A DNA stretch of 64,000 bases from Candidatus Firestoneibacteriota bacterium (lineage in GTDB: Bacteria > Oederibacteriota > D2-FULL-39-29 > JBBTED01): the NCBI GenBank assembly GCA_038042445.1, contig JBBTED010000027.1, forward strand, positions 32,001 through 96,000, in the 5' to 3' direction. Shown here piece after piece: positions 47,036 through 58,100 of this stretch (positions within the stretch are counted from its first letter, which is position 1; every line of letters begins with the position of its first letter). The notes under the pieces are model-generated. The model was given only the letters and a program-made list of their open reading frames with translations. It did no database searches and was not told the origin of the DNA. The translations under genes and the position numbers were made by a program.

Positions 47036-48262
47036 ATGAAACAAGTATATTTAGACAATCATTCTAATACACCAATTGATGAGCGCGTATATAATGAAAT
47101 GCTGCCGTATTTTTTAGAATTTTATGGTAATGCTCAAAGCATGCATTCTATTGGCGCAAAATCTAAAGATGCTATAGAAAATGCACGAACACAAGTTGCA
47201 AATCTCATTGGAGCAAAAGCAGATGAGATTTATTTTACATCATGTGCTTCTGAATCTAATAATCTTGCTATTAAAGGTATTGCCCAAAGCTATAATCAAA
47301 AAGGAAAACATATAATTGTCTCAAGTGTAGAACATTTTTCTGTTCTTTATTCTGCAAAACGTTTAAGTCAAAATGGATTTGAAGTCACTTATCTTCCTGT
47401 TGACAAATATGGGTTAGTTTCACCAGACGATATCCAAAATGCTATAAGAAATGATACTATACTTGTTTCTATTCAGCATGCAAATCCAGAAATTGGAACA
47501 ATACAACCTATATCTGAAATATCAAAGATTGTTCATAAAAAAGGTGTTTTATTTCATACAGATGCAGTATGCACAACAGGACATATTCCTGTTAATGTAA
47601 ATGATTTAGGAGTTGATATGTTGACTATATCTTCTTCTTTGATGTACGGACCAAAAGGCACTGCAGCACTTTACATAAAAAAAGGTGTGAAAATAATACC
47701 GCAAATTGATGGCGGTATTCAGGAAAACGGTAGACGCGCTGGCACAGAAAATGTGCCCTGTATAGTTGGCTTTGGCAAAGCTTGTGAAATTGCGAAAATT
47801 GAAATGAGCGAAAATTACAAAAAATTGCTTAATTTACGCAATCGTTTAATTGCTGAATTGCCTAAAAAAATAGAGCATTTATATTTGAATGGCCATCCTG
47901 AATTAAGACTTCCAAATAATGTAAACTTCTCAGTTGAATTTATTGAAGGCGAAGGAATGCTTTTGTTTTTAGACCAAAAAAACATTTCCGTTACAAGTGG
48001 ATCTGCCTGCACTTCAAAATCGCTAAAAATGTCTCATATTTTATCTGCTATAAAAACAGATACTGCTATAGCTCAAGGTTCAGTTCTAATGACTCTTTCA
48101 AAATATAATGATGATAACGATATAGACTATGTTTTAGCAGAATTTCCGCCAATTGTCCAAAGACTGCGGGAGTTATCGCCGTTGTATTCTTATTTTATTA
48201 AAACAGGCAAACGTCAGATTGCAGGTCCGGGCACTGATTACGAACATACATATGAACATTAG
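47036..48262 (+). CDS. iscS: Cysteine desulfurase
   Basis: VYLDN, EHFSV, HTDAV, RAGTEN, SGSACTS; the usual SxHK PLP motif reads SSSL. Confidence 0.85.
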   Translation: MKQVYLDNHSNTPIDERVYNEMLPYFLEFYGNAQSMHSIGAKSKDAIENARTQVANLIGAKADEIYFTSCASESNNLAIKGIAQSYNQKGKHIIVSSVEHFSVLYSAKRLSQNGFEVTYLPVDKYGLVSPDDIQNAIRNDTILVSIQHANPEIGTIQPISEISKIVHKKGVLFHTDAVCTTGHIPVNVNDLGVDMLTISSSLMYGPKGTAALYIKKGVKIIPQIDGGIQENGRRAGTENVPCIVGFGKACEIAKIEMSENYKKLLNLRNRLIAELPKKIEHLYLNGHPELRLPNNVNFSVEFIEGEGMLLFLDQKNISVTSGSACTSKSLKMSHILSAIKTDTAIAQGSVLMTLSKYNDDNDIDYVLAEFPPIVQRLRELSPLYSYFIKTGKRQIAGPGTDYEHTYEH

Positions 48263-48351
48263 TAGGGGCGAGTTTACTCGCCCAATAAACGGGCAGGTAA
48301 ACCTGCCCCTACAATTATCAGTAAATTTTTACACTATTTAAGGAGGAAATT

Positions 48352-48735
48352 ATGCCGTTTTATTCAGAAAAAGTAATGGAACATTTTCAGAATCCACGAA
48401 ATGTAGGAGAAATAAAAGACGCTGATGGTATTGGAGAAATTGGAAATCCTGTTTGCGGGGATATGATGACTTTTTATATAAAAGTTAAGGATAATATTTT
48501 GGAAGATGTAAAGTTTAAGACATTTGGATGTGGAGCAGCTATTGCTGTTTCGTCAATGGTAAGTGAAATGGGAAAAGGAAAAACATTAGATGAAGCATTA
48601 AAAATAACAAATGCATCAGTTGCTCAGGAACTCGGCGGACTTCCACCGAATAAAATGCATTGCTCAAATCTTGGTGCAGATGCATTACACAAAGCAATAG
48701 AAAATTATAAGAAAAAACAAGGAGGCACGAAATGA
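48352..48735 (+). CDS. iscU: Fe-S cluster scaffold
   Basis: NPRNVG, GNPVCGD, FGCGAAIA, KMHCS. Confidence 0.93.
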   Translation: MPFYSEKVMEHFQNPRNVGEIKDADGIGEIGNPVCGDMMTFYIKVKDNILEDVKFKTFGCGAAIAVSSMVSEMGKGKTLDEALKITNASVAQELGGLPPNKMHCSNLGADALHKAIENYKKKQGGTK

Positions 48736-48905
48736 AAGAGAAAAAATGCAAATGCCCTTTTTGTGAAGGTGAATTATTATTTAAATGTGTTGCTCCTGTT
48801 TTTTGCGAAAATTGTGCGATAACACTTCTAAAATGCAAAAAATGCGATAATTTATTCAATGAGAAATTAAAAATTTGCCCAAAATGTGGAGAGAAAAATG
48901 ACTGA
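48732..48905 (+). CDS. 57-aa double zinc-ribbon protein (absent from ORF track)
   Basis: MKEKKCKCPFCEGELLFKCVAPVFCENCAITLLKCKKCDNLFNEKLKICPKCGEKND; GGAGG RBS; overlaps both neighbours. Confidence 0.8.
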   Translation: MKEKKCKCPFCEGELLFKCVAPVFCENCAITLLKCKKCDNLFNEKLKICPKCGEKND

Positions 48906-49392
48906 AGAAAATTCACCTGTACAAATGAAAGATAAAATGACAATAATTTTATTTTCAGGAGAATTAGATAAAGCAATTGCAGCATTCACACTTGCTACAA
49001 CTGCTGCAGCCAGTAATATGGAAGTAAGCATATTTTTTACATTTTGGGGATTAAATACTTTAAAGAAAACAACCTTTGTACCTGCAAAACCACAAATGAT
49101 AATGCAAAAAATGCTGAATTTTATGAACCGGGGTTTACCACTTTCACGCCTTAATATGTTTGGCTTAGGACCATGGATGATGAAGAAACTTATGAAAAAA
49201 ACCAAAATGGCATCTTTAGAAGATTTAATGAAACTTGCAAAACAATTGAATGTAAAATATATTGCTTGTACAACAAGCTGCTCAGTAATGGGACTATCCA
49301 AGGAGAGTTTAATTAGTGACGTTAATGAATTTGCAGGTGCATCAACTTATCTTGCAGAGGCTAAAGATGCAAAAGTAAATTTATTTATATGA
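48898..49392 (+). CDS. DsrE/DsrF/DrsH-like protein (DsrE2)
   Basis: FSGELDKA, FFTFWGL, ACTTS. Confidence 0.88.
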   Translation: MTEENSPVQMKDKMTIILFSGELDKAIAAFTLATTAAASNMEVSIFFTFWGLNTLKKTTFVPAKPQMIMQKMLNFMNRGLPLSRLNMFGLGPWMMKKLMKKTKMASLEDLMKLAKQLNVKYIACTTSCSVMGLSKESLISDVNEFAGASTYLAEAKDAKVNLFI

Positions 49393-49441
49393 TTTATTTA
49401 GCAAAGCTTATGCTTTGCATCTACAAAAAATAATAAATATT

Positions 49442-49669
49442 ATGAACATTACAAAATCACTGGATTGTATTGGCCTTTTTTGCCCTATGCCTGTGGTTAA
49501 AACTCAGCTTGAACTTGAAAAGATGCAATCAGGTGAAATTCTTGAAATCACAGCAGATGACCCAGGCTTTGAAAAAGATTTACCTGCATGGTGCAATATG
49601 ACCGGAAATAAATTCCTTGAAATAAAAAAAGAAGGCAACATCTTAAAAGGCTACGTAATAAAATTGTAG
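49442..49669 (+). CDS. tusA: Sulfur carrier TusA
   Basis: LDCIGLFCPMP, ADDPG, DLPAWC. Confidence 0.9.
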   Translation: MNITKSLDCIGLFCPMPVVKTQLELEKMQSGEILEITADDPGFEKDLPAWCNMTGNKFLEIKKEGNILKGYVIKL

Positions 49670-51229
49670 TTATTTATTATTATAAGTTATACCTTCCCAA
49701 TCATCAGTTCTAAATGGAGAAGCAGGCAATTTCTCTTTATTATATAGATTACAATCTGGATTATCTGCCCATGCATATCTAACTGCAACTGGCTTTGCCA
49801 CATTTTCATTTGATACAACAATAGTATTACCATCAATTACTGCTTTAGCCCACAAGAATTTTTTATCTTCTCCAGCTATAGCAAATCCAACTAACTCTGC
49901 AGAATTTTGTACTCCCAAACCACTACCTATGTGGTCAAAATAAAGACGTATTTTATTTTCTTCAATTTTCATAGATTTGTAAATAGGACCTGAATAAACT
50001 ATATCTTTTTTACCATATACTTTTGCCAAAGCAGGCAAAGCAAGTCGCATACCAACATCCTGTTTATTCTTTGGATGTATATCTGTTGTATCTCCAATAT
50101 CAATTATTACAGCCATTGCTGTATTTGGAATAGACAATGTCATCAATTGAGCTTCACGCAATTCTGCCCATGCACTTTGAGCAGGTTCTGTTTTTTTGGG
50201 CATAAAATTTGCAAGCTGAACAAATAAAAATGGGAAATCATCATCCCATGCTTTTCGCCAACCTTCTATCATTGCTGGAAATAATTTTCTGTATTGATAA
50301 GCACGATTAGCATTTGATTCGCCCTGATACCATATCACTCCTTTTATTGCAAAAGAAGTGATTGGCGAAATCATAGCATTATATAATATTGTTGGAGCAG
50401 AAGGAAACCTAAATGGATTAACAGGCTTAGGTGGAATAATTTTGCCTGTATTTTCTGGTTCTTTTATTTTGCTTAATTCTTCCCATTCTTTCAATTTTCT
50501 CTCATACTCATCTATTTTCTTTTTATTTTCCCCATTATTTTCCTGAATAATAAATTGCTCTAATTTATCAAAGATAGGTTTTAAATCTGTATTATTTTCA
50601 AAAGTTTCATTGCTTGTCCACGGATCAGCAGGAGTCCCTGGCCAGGCACTAGCAATCAAACCTACAGGCGTATTTAATTTTGTATGAAGATACCTACCAA
50701 AAAAATATGAAACAGCAGAAAACCACTTAACAGTTTGTGGAGAACATTCAACCCAACTGCCTTCAACATTATCTAAAGGTTTAAGTGAAGAATTATTTTT
50801 AACACCAAATAATCTAATCATAGGATAATTAGCATTACTGATTTCCTCACTTGCATTCATTACATTTCCAACTGCTATCGACATATTAGATTGTCCTGAA
50901 CCAAGCCATACTTCACCTATAAGAATATTTTTAATAGTAATTGTATCTTTCTCTCCTTCAACATTCATTTGATATGGGCCACCTGCTTTAACTGGAGCAA
51001 GTTTCACCATCCATTTACCATTTTCATCTGCAGTTTCACTAACTTTCTGATTTTCAATAATTATAGTAATTTTTTCCTTTGAGTCAGCAGTCCCCCAAAT
51101 TTTTATTGTTTTGTCAGCCTGCAAAACCATATTATCGCTTAATATTGCAGGAAGTTTTACTTTGGCATTTAAAAACGGAATATTTAAAATCAATACTAAA
51201 AATACAAAAAATACAGTCGTCATACACAC
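49670..51229 (-). CDS. Sialate O-acetylesterase-family carbohydrate esterase
   Basis: GEVWLGSGQSNM, WYQGESN, DIHP.NK, VRYAW. Confidence 0.9.
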   Translation of the reverse strand: MCMTTVFFVFLVLILNIPFLNAKVKLPAILSDNMVLQADKTIKIWGTADSKEKITIIIENQKVSETADENGKWMVKLAPVKAGGPYQMNVEGEKDTITIKNILIGEVWLGSGQSNMSIAVGNVMNASEEISNANYPMIRLFGVKNNSSLKPLDNVEGSWVECSPQTVKWFSAVSYFFGRYLHTKLNTPVGLIASAWPGTPADPWTSNETFENNTDLKPIFDKLEQFIIQENNGENKKKIDEYERKLKEWEELSKIKEPENTGKIIPPKPVNPFRFPSAPTILYNAMISPITSFAIKGVIWYQGESNANRAYQYRKLFPAMIEGWRKAWDDDFPFLFVQLANFMPKKTEPAQSAWAELREAQLMTLSIPNTAMAVIIDIGDTTDIHPKNKQDVGMRLALPALAKVYGKKDIVYSGPIYKSMKIEENKIRLYFDHIGSGLGVQNSAELVGFAIAGEDKKFLWAKAVIDGNTIVVSNENVAKPVAVRYAWADNPDCNLYNKEKLPASPFRTDDWEGITYNNK

Positions 51230-51235
51230 CTCCTA

Positions 51236-52540
51236 TTACTGATTGAAATAAAATGCATATAGATACAAAGAAACTACAGTGAATAAATAATTAGTTTCAC
51301 CGCCATAAGTTTTTTTTAAGTCTACAATATTTATCATATCCCATACATAAGGAACATATTTTTTAATCATTTCCTTATGTTCACTTAACATTACCATATG
51401 AAAACCACCTAACGGAAATCTGATATGTGATAAACTTGCTGCTGATGCAATTTTCCAATCAGCCATATCTAAAAATGAAGGCTGAAATTTCTTCCATGCG
51501 ATTTCACAACCTTGTAGTGAAGTCCCTTCCCAATTGCACGCTTGAGCAACTTTCTCTGTAGGGAATTTTATCAAATCTTCAAACCACTTTCCCGGAAACT
51601 CCCTTTCTAATTGTAGATCTGTGGACTTCTCAAGAAGGTCATAAATAATTTTCTTTCTTTCAGGATTATTCTCAAATTGATAAAAAGCATTTAACCGGAA
51701 ACAATTCTGATTTGCATATATAGGATGGACATTTATTTGGATATGTGGGCCTGGCTCTAAAAGTTTCCAACGACGAGAATCTTCTTCTGTGCCATATTTC
51801 TCATATAATTCAAGCCAATGATTATTTCCTGTTCCTTTATAAAGTGCCAATAGAATTGGTAGTAAAATAGAAGCATGTTCTGGCACAAAACCTGTCCATG
51901 CAAAACCAACATGTGATTGCGTTTTGCCATCTGCCTGCTTTATTGACCACCCATACTTTTCAAGTCTTTCTCCCACTTCCTGTAAAGATTTCTTTATGAA
52001 CTCTTTTTCTTCCTTATCTGCTATAGAAGAATTAGCATAAAGTGCAAGACTTATTATATACGTAGTATGCTGATCCATAGAAGAATCATCATAACAAGCA
52101 GTTTTATCATTAGGATGTGGACCACGTGGAACAAGACCTGGAACTGGTGACACTGAATAAATAAACTTTAATGCTTTAAACAATTTTTTACAATTTTCAT
52201 ACAAAAAAGGATCCTGTCTGACATTATATGCATTTATCAAAGCTCCTAATAAATGTCCACAATGCAAAGCAGTATCTTCAATATGAGAGCCATAACCCCA
52301 GGGAGCAGGTTTTTTAGCTTTCACATCTTCCGGAGATGTCCAACTATCTTTCTCTTTTAAACGTGCACCGTAGCATACATAAGTTTCAGGATCTTGATAA
52401 TCATTAAAATAAGTTTTAGCTATAGAAAAACTTTTAGTAATTACATCTTCTTTTGTAAGTGCAGAAAATTTCTTGTAATTCTCTTCTGCTTTCACACTAC
52501 AACAAATTAGCAATATACTGATAAATATTATTCCTCTCAT
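51236..52540 (-). CDS. Secreted hypothetical protein, possibly an alpha/alpha-barrel carbohydrate enzyme
   Basis: Signal peptide; GLVPRG..SMDQ; located in carbohydrate operon. Confidence 0.5.
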   Translation of the reverse strand: MRGIIFISILLICCSVKAEENYKKFSALTKEDVITKSFSIAKTYFNDYQDPETYVCYGARLKEKDSWTSPEDVKAKKPAPWGYGSHIEDTALHCGHLLGALINAYNVRQDPFLYENCKKLFKALKFIYSVSPVPGLVPRGPHPNDKTACYDDSSMDQHTTYIISLALYANSSIADKEEKEFIKKSLQEVGERLEKYGWSIKQADGKTQSHVGFAWTGFVPEHASILLPILLALYKGTGNNHWLELYEKYGTEEDSRRWKLLEPGPHIQINVHPIYANQNCFRLNAFYQFENNPERKKIIYDLLEKSTDLQLEREFPGKWFEDLIKFPTEKVAQACNWEGTSLQGCEIAWKKFQPSFLDMADWKIASAASLSHIRFPLGGFHMVMLSEHKEMIKKYVPYVWDMINIVDLKKTYGGETNYLFTVVSLYLYAFYFNQ

Positions 52541-52582
52541 CCTAACCCCCTCTATCTCCCCCTTATCAGGGAGAGAAAAGAT

Positions 52583-53131
52583 TTAGTCAATTTGCATAAA
52601 TACAATATTGTCAATCCATATTGTTTTTCCCGACATATTTTCGCCACCTGCTAAAAGAATTACCCTGCATCCTTCAGATGGAGCATCATCTGTTGCAACA
52701 AACTCTTTTTCAAACTTTTGCCATTTCGTAGTAACAGATATCTTCGTCTCACCATATTTACCACCATCTATTCTTTTCCAAGGTAAAACTGCTTGAAGTG
52801 TAATTTGCTGCACCTCTAAATCGTCAGAACCACGTAACCACATTTGAAGTTTGTATTTTTTGTCTTTTTTTATATCATTCACTATCACATATACTTGACG
52901 ACCATCAGATCTTAAACTAACAGAAATAATATCTACTTTTATACAACCCCCATTGTCTTCAGCACCACCTGTTGCCTGAAAATTAGATTCTATGTTCATT
53001 TCTATTGGCTTATTGTCTGAGTAACAAATAAGTGATTTTTTATCTTTTTCCTCATTAAATAACCATTCTTCTGCCCCTGCAATACCACGCGAAAAACAAA
53101 AAACTAATAACAAAATTAATATTTTTATCAT
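52583..53131 (-). CDS. Secreted CBM4/9-like carbohydrate-binding protein
   Basis: Signal peptide from ATG 53131; KKYKLQMWLRG, VTTKWQKFE, IWIDNI. Confidence 0.6.
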   Translation of the reverse strand: MIKILILLLVFCFSRGIAGAEEWLFNEEKDKKSLICYSDNKPIEMNIESNFQATGGAEDNGGCIKVDIISVSLRSDGRQVYVIVNDIKKDKKYKLQMWLRGSDDLEVQQITLQAVLPWKRIDGGKYGETKISVTTKWQKFEKEFVATDDAPSEGCRVILLAGGENMSGKTIWIDNIVFMQID

Positions 53132-53142
53132 ACCCCCTCCTT

Positions 53143-55083
53143 TTATTTGTTTTTTTGGTATATCCATAACCCTGAATAGCCAGTACATATATAGAAATAA
53201 TTATTCTTATATATCACTTTTTTATAAATATTAATATCTTTTATTCCGGGAATTTCAACTTCTTCAAGAAATTCCGGAGTTGAAGGATTTTCTAAATTTA
53301 TAACAATAACAGAATCATCAGTAGTGATATATCCTTTTGAACCATCAATGAAAATTTTATATAGTTTCTTGCCTAATGGTGGCTTTAATTCAGACACTTT
53401 TTGCAAAGATAAAGGATTTTCAAAATTATATGTAATTATTTGCCCAAGCCAACCTGTTGTTGCATATAAATATTTATCTTTAAAAGCTGCTCCTTCATAA
53501 ACAGATGAAGAATTCTTTTCAGTTTTATAAATTACATCCATTTTATGTCCCCTCTCATTTTTCTCTAATTTTAAAATATTTATAGCCCAACTATTTACAG
53601 CAACTGCATAAGTATCATCATATATAGTATCAGCAACTTGATGTAAAAAATGTTCCAATTTTGTATCACTACCTGCAAGTTTGGGATTTTTTAAATCAGT
53701 TATATCAATATAATTTGCATCTCCCCAACCACTTGTCCTTGCTATAAGTTTATCCTTTGCCACCAAATATAAATCTGTTATGAGCTTATCTATACCTACA
53801 TTTCCAATTACTTTTGGATTTTCCTTGTTTTCAATATCAACAACCTTTAGTCCTTTGGAACCACACGAAACATAAGCAACATTATCTTGCACTACTACAT
53901 CATATACCACTCCTATATCTTTTATTTTCCCAATACATTCTCCAGGATTTTTAATTGACAAAATTTCCAATCCTTCTGTTCCAACAGCCACATAAATATA
54001 ATTCTCATCAAGAAAACAAGACCTTATCTGACCTTTTGAAACATATTTAATTATGTTTTCAGATTTGATAACACCTATTTCTCTTTTATTAGTAATTCTT
54101 GGCTGAACACCTGCTTCTACATATTGTTCACCTGCTAACTGCTCTGCTAAAATTAATTGCACACCTTTGTCATAATCTGCAACTAATACAATATCTTTTT
54201 TTATTGCAAGATTATGCGCATATCCTGGTGTATCAATTGAAGTTATTAATTTTAGTTTGTCTGGTTGTGTAATATCAAAAATAAATAATCCATTATCTCC
54301 ATCAACTAAAAATAAATTATTTCCACTTATTCCTACTTCCCAACAATCAGGACCTACCCTGTAATATTCTGGCGTTTTATATGAATCAACTACTTTAGCA
54401 TTTTGAGGATCCGAAATATCCACTACACAAACTCCATGTCCTTTATGCCCTGTTGCTACATACGCATAATTATCTTTTATAACAACTCCCCAAGCATTTC
54501 CCTGAACTCCTACAGATTTATTTTTTTTTGGGTTTGCAGGATTAGAAATATCAATTATTGTTAATGCTTTCAAATAATGTTCTCCAACATAAGCATAATT
54601 ATCTTTTGATGCTACTCCTTGTGCTTCTGCTGTTTTTATTTTGCTAATATATTCTGGTTTTTCTGGATTGGAAATATCAATTAGTTCAAGACCAAACATT
54701 CTGTTACAGCAAAGAAGAATATTCCCATTTATTCCAAGTCCTGTAGCTTGTTCAATAGTATCATAAGTGGTTATGTATTGGGGTTTTGAAGGTTCATTTA
54801 TTTTGTAAACGTGAATACCACCTAATCTTGCAGCAATAAATGCATAATCACCTTTTAATTCAATATCATATCCTACACCATCGATCTTTGCCCTACCTAA
54901 AATTTTTGGGTTTTTAGCATCTGTAATATCAGCAGTAACAAATTCACTTTGCCCTACTATATAGGCAATATTTTCTTTAACTGCTACAGAACGAGCAGAT
55001 GGAACTGGTATATTGGACAAAATTGAAACCTGTTCTCCACTACCATTCACAGCAAATAAAAGCATAAACATAAAATCAATCAA
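53143..55083 (-). CDS. LVIVD-repeat beta-propeller protein
   Basis: Many YAYVA..GL.IIDISNP.NP repeats. Confidence 0.85.
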   Translation of the reverse strand: MIDFMFMLLFAVNGSGEQVSILSNIPVPSARSVAVKENIAYIVGQSEFVTADITDAKNPKILGRAKIDGVGYDIELKGDYAFIAARLGGIHVYKINEPSKPQYITTYDTIEQATGLGINGNILLCCNRMFGLELIDISNPEKPEYISKIKTAEAQGVASKDNYAYVGEHYLKALTIIDISNPANPKKNKSVGVQGNAWGVVIKDNYAYVATGHKGHGVCVVDISDPQNAKVVDSYKTPEYYRVGPDCWEVGISGNNLFLVDGDNGLFIFDITQPDKLKLITSIDTPGYAHNLAIKKDIVLVADYDKGVQLILAEQLAGEQYVEAGVQPRITNKREIGVIKSENIIKYVSKGQIRSCFLDENYIYVAVGTEGLEILSIKNPGECIGKIKDIGVVYDVVVQDNVAYVSCGSKGLKVVDIENKENPKVIGNVGIDKLITDLYLVAKDKLIARTSGWGDANYIDITDLKNPKLAGSDTKLEHFLHQVADTIYDDTYAVAVNSWAINILKLEKNERGHKMDVIYKTEKNSSSVYEGAAFKDKYLYATTGWLGQIITYNFENPLSLQKVSELKPPLGKKLYKIFIDGSKGYITTDDSVIVINLENPSTPEFLEEVEIPGIKDINIYKKVIYKNNYFYICTGYSGLWIYQKNK

Positions 55084-55166
55084 GTTTGATCTCCTACCGA
55101 TTTTTTAGACACATAATTAGTTTATCATTCTAGTTCCCAAAACTCCACAAGAGAATTTATAGAATT

Positions 55167-58100
55167 TTATAATTTTTCTCCAGTAATTGCCAATATTATC
55201 GGAACAAGTTGGGTATTGAATGATATAATATCTATTGTTTCTACTATTTTTTCAGGATTTGGATTTCTCCATTCATAAATATATAATCCTCTGTCTTTAC
55301 TGTTTTTCCATCCTACACGAACTTTATCATTTAAATCTTTTGGATTCCACCAATCTGCTATTTGTGCATTTTCTGGATTCATACTATCTGAATAAATATC
55401 CTGTTCTATCTTTGTTTTATCAGAATAATGGATTATATATTTGTGCGAACTTTCTCTTTGCCCTCCTGTCCATGCACTTACATGAAGAAAAAATAATCTC
55501 TTTGCCTGTTTGTTTACTGATATACCCTCAACCTTCTCTATGCCACCTTTCATTGATTTTGAACTCATCACTATGCAAGATGTATCTCTATTGAAATCAG
55601 GTCTAATTATATCATAAGGCACATTTAATAACGTTTGTATTCCATAGTCCATTTCTTCTAAACTATTTTGTCTGCCCTGATCCGTCCAACCGCCTTCTCC
55701 ATCTCCTTCAACCCTATCCACAAAATCTCTGTTCGTCCATTTCCGTATATCCACTGTCCAACAATTATTAGGATTAACTTCAAAGTTTCGTTTCTTTTCT
55801 CCCTCTGTCTCATCTTTTTTTTGTTTTTCCTCTTTGTTCCTTTCCACTATTGCTATTTTTTCATACTCTTTCGGTATCAAATTTTGCATAACTTCATTAA
55901 GTTTTGTTTTATTCCATGGGTTTTTGGAAAATACTATTAATACTCTATTTTGCGGCTGGAGTATTGTCCATATACCTTCTTGTAACTCTTTACTACTCCA
56001 TTGCTTTTTACCACTTGGACTTATGTCCAATTTGCCTTCTAATGGTTCATACACATAGACACTATCTTTAATGAAATCACTTGGAATTATTACTTTGCCT
56101 AACTTTGTATACAAATCCCAATTCCATAGAAATACTGCTTTTGTATCTCCCCTATCTATTAATACCATTTCTACATTTGGCACTAACTTACTTTCTTTAT
56201 CTACCACCTGAACTGGTATATTGATTTTTTCTTTTTCTAATATACTTACAATTATTGACATTAAATGATAGTCTCTAAATAATCCTCCTATATAATAAAT
56301 TTTGCCTTTGCCATATTCCTTCATCGTAATAACTGGTTTGTCTTCTACACTACCTATTATTTCTGCTGTTTGAACTTCTACATCTCTGTTTAATAATCCA
56401 CGTATTTTCCCTTTGAGTAAATTCGTCTGCGGGAAATGTAATGTTATTTCTCCTATTTTGGATTGTTTGCTTATAGCACTTTCCACTCCTGCCCAATTCT
56501 TATTCTCTAATTTATTCCCGTATTCATCGTATGCTATTGTATCCAACCCTAATATCAAAATTCCGCCGTCTTGAACAAACTTATCAAGATTTTCTTTCAC
56601 TTTCGGCTCTACATAATTTATACCACCTGCAACTATTACTTTGTATTTCTTTTGTGCATTCTCATCTCGTATCTGCTCTTCAAGTATTGTATCAAAAGGA
56701 TAATGACTATATTCTAATGCAGCATAATAATTCATCATTTCTTCAGACATTGTTGGCTCTTTTGAAATATACGCAAATCTACGAGATGAGTACGAATGCA
56801 AATATGCTATTTCAGATTTTATTCCTTTGGGTCTTGGCACTACTATATCATCTACTAATAACATTTCCTTTTTGAAATCTAAAATTCCAGGTAATGATGA
56901 AGTAGGATATCCATAAGGATTTAATATTAAATATGGAAAACGTTTAGCAAGTGCTATTCCACCTTCTTGTGTATTTGGTTTCCAATCCCAAGCTCTTCTT
57001 GTCCACACAAAAAGATAACCTGCATTTTCTCCGCGCATCATAACATTCCAAAATGCATTCTTCATTCCTTCTCGTGTTGGTTGTGGATATGCCATCTCCC
57101 CATCTACTATTGGTTTATCTGGAGCAATACTTCGCAATATACTCATTGTTATGCTGCTTTTTACTGCTTCTAAATTTTGAATAGATGTATCAATAAGTTC
57201 TTTTGTTGGTTTTTTTGAACCTATTCCATAACCCTTTCCTCCTGCAGATGTAGGAGCTTGTATTGTATTGAAAATTTTATTTAGCTTGTAATAATTATAT
57301 GATGACGTATGTGGATCTGCTGCTACATTACCCATTGGCTGACAAGTAATTTGCACATTTTTTCGTGTATCAATTGCTTTTATTGTTTCTATTCCTTCTT
57401 TGTTTATTTGGACAAATCTATCCTCTAAAAATTTTGCGTAATCTACATATAAACCTATATTTCCAATTTTACTTTTAAATTGAGCAACTTCTTCATAAGA
57501 TGAATATTTTGTATTCCATATTTTATTTAATTCTTCTATATTTTTATATTTCGTTTCCAACCAGACTGCAAAATTCTTACGATTCTCATCACATTCACAA
57601 AAATATGATGGCTCATTAAATAATTCGTAAAAAAGTGGATTTCCATCGTTTTCTACAACTTTTTTTGTCCCGTATGCCCAATAAGTTTTATATAGTTTCA
57701 TTCCATCTTCATTATCTGGATCAAATAGCAACCAATGTTGTTTTAAATTTGGGTCTGATTTGGCTTTTTCAGGTATTAATTTAGTATTTGCTAATTGTCC
57801 ACCTGCCCAGGGAAACATTGTAAAATCTACATAAATAGGTAATTTTATCTCTTTTATAAATCTATCATGTCGGGATTCATTGCTTTTATCATCTAATGTC
57901 CTTATATTAGAACTATATTTTTCTTGAACCCATCCATTTGAAGAGAAAAAACCTAATGTGTCAAATCCTAATTTTTGTGCTTCTTCATATCCCATAATTT
58001 TTTCATATATCCATTTGTATTTTTGGGCATATCCAGGTGTAGTTATTTTCTCTGATGTCGCTGTATTAAAATCTCCTTCTGCTAATTCTGTCCCTATAAG

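Noticed and set aside
48539..49301. 148-aa and 144-aa minus-strand ORFs
   Set aside because: Antisense shadows of iscU, the zinc-ribbon gene and DsrE2
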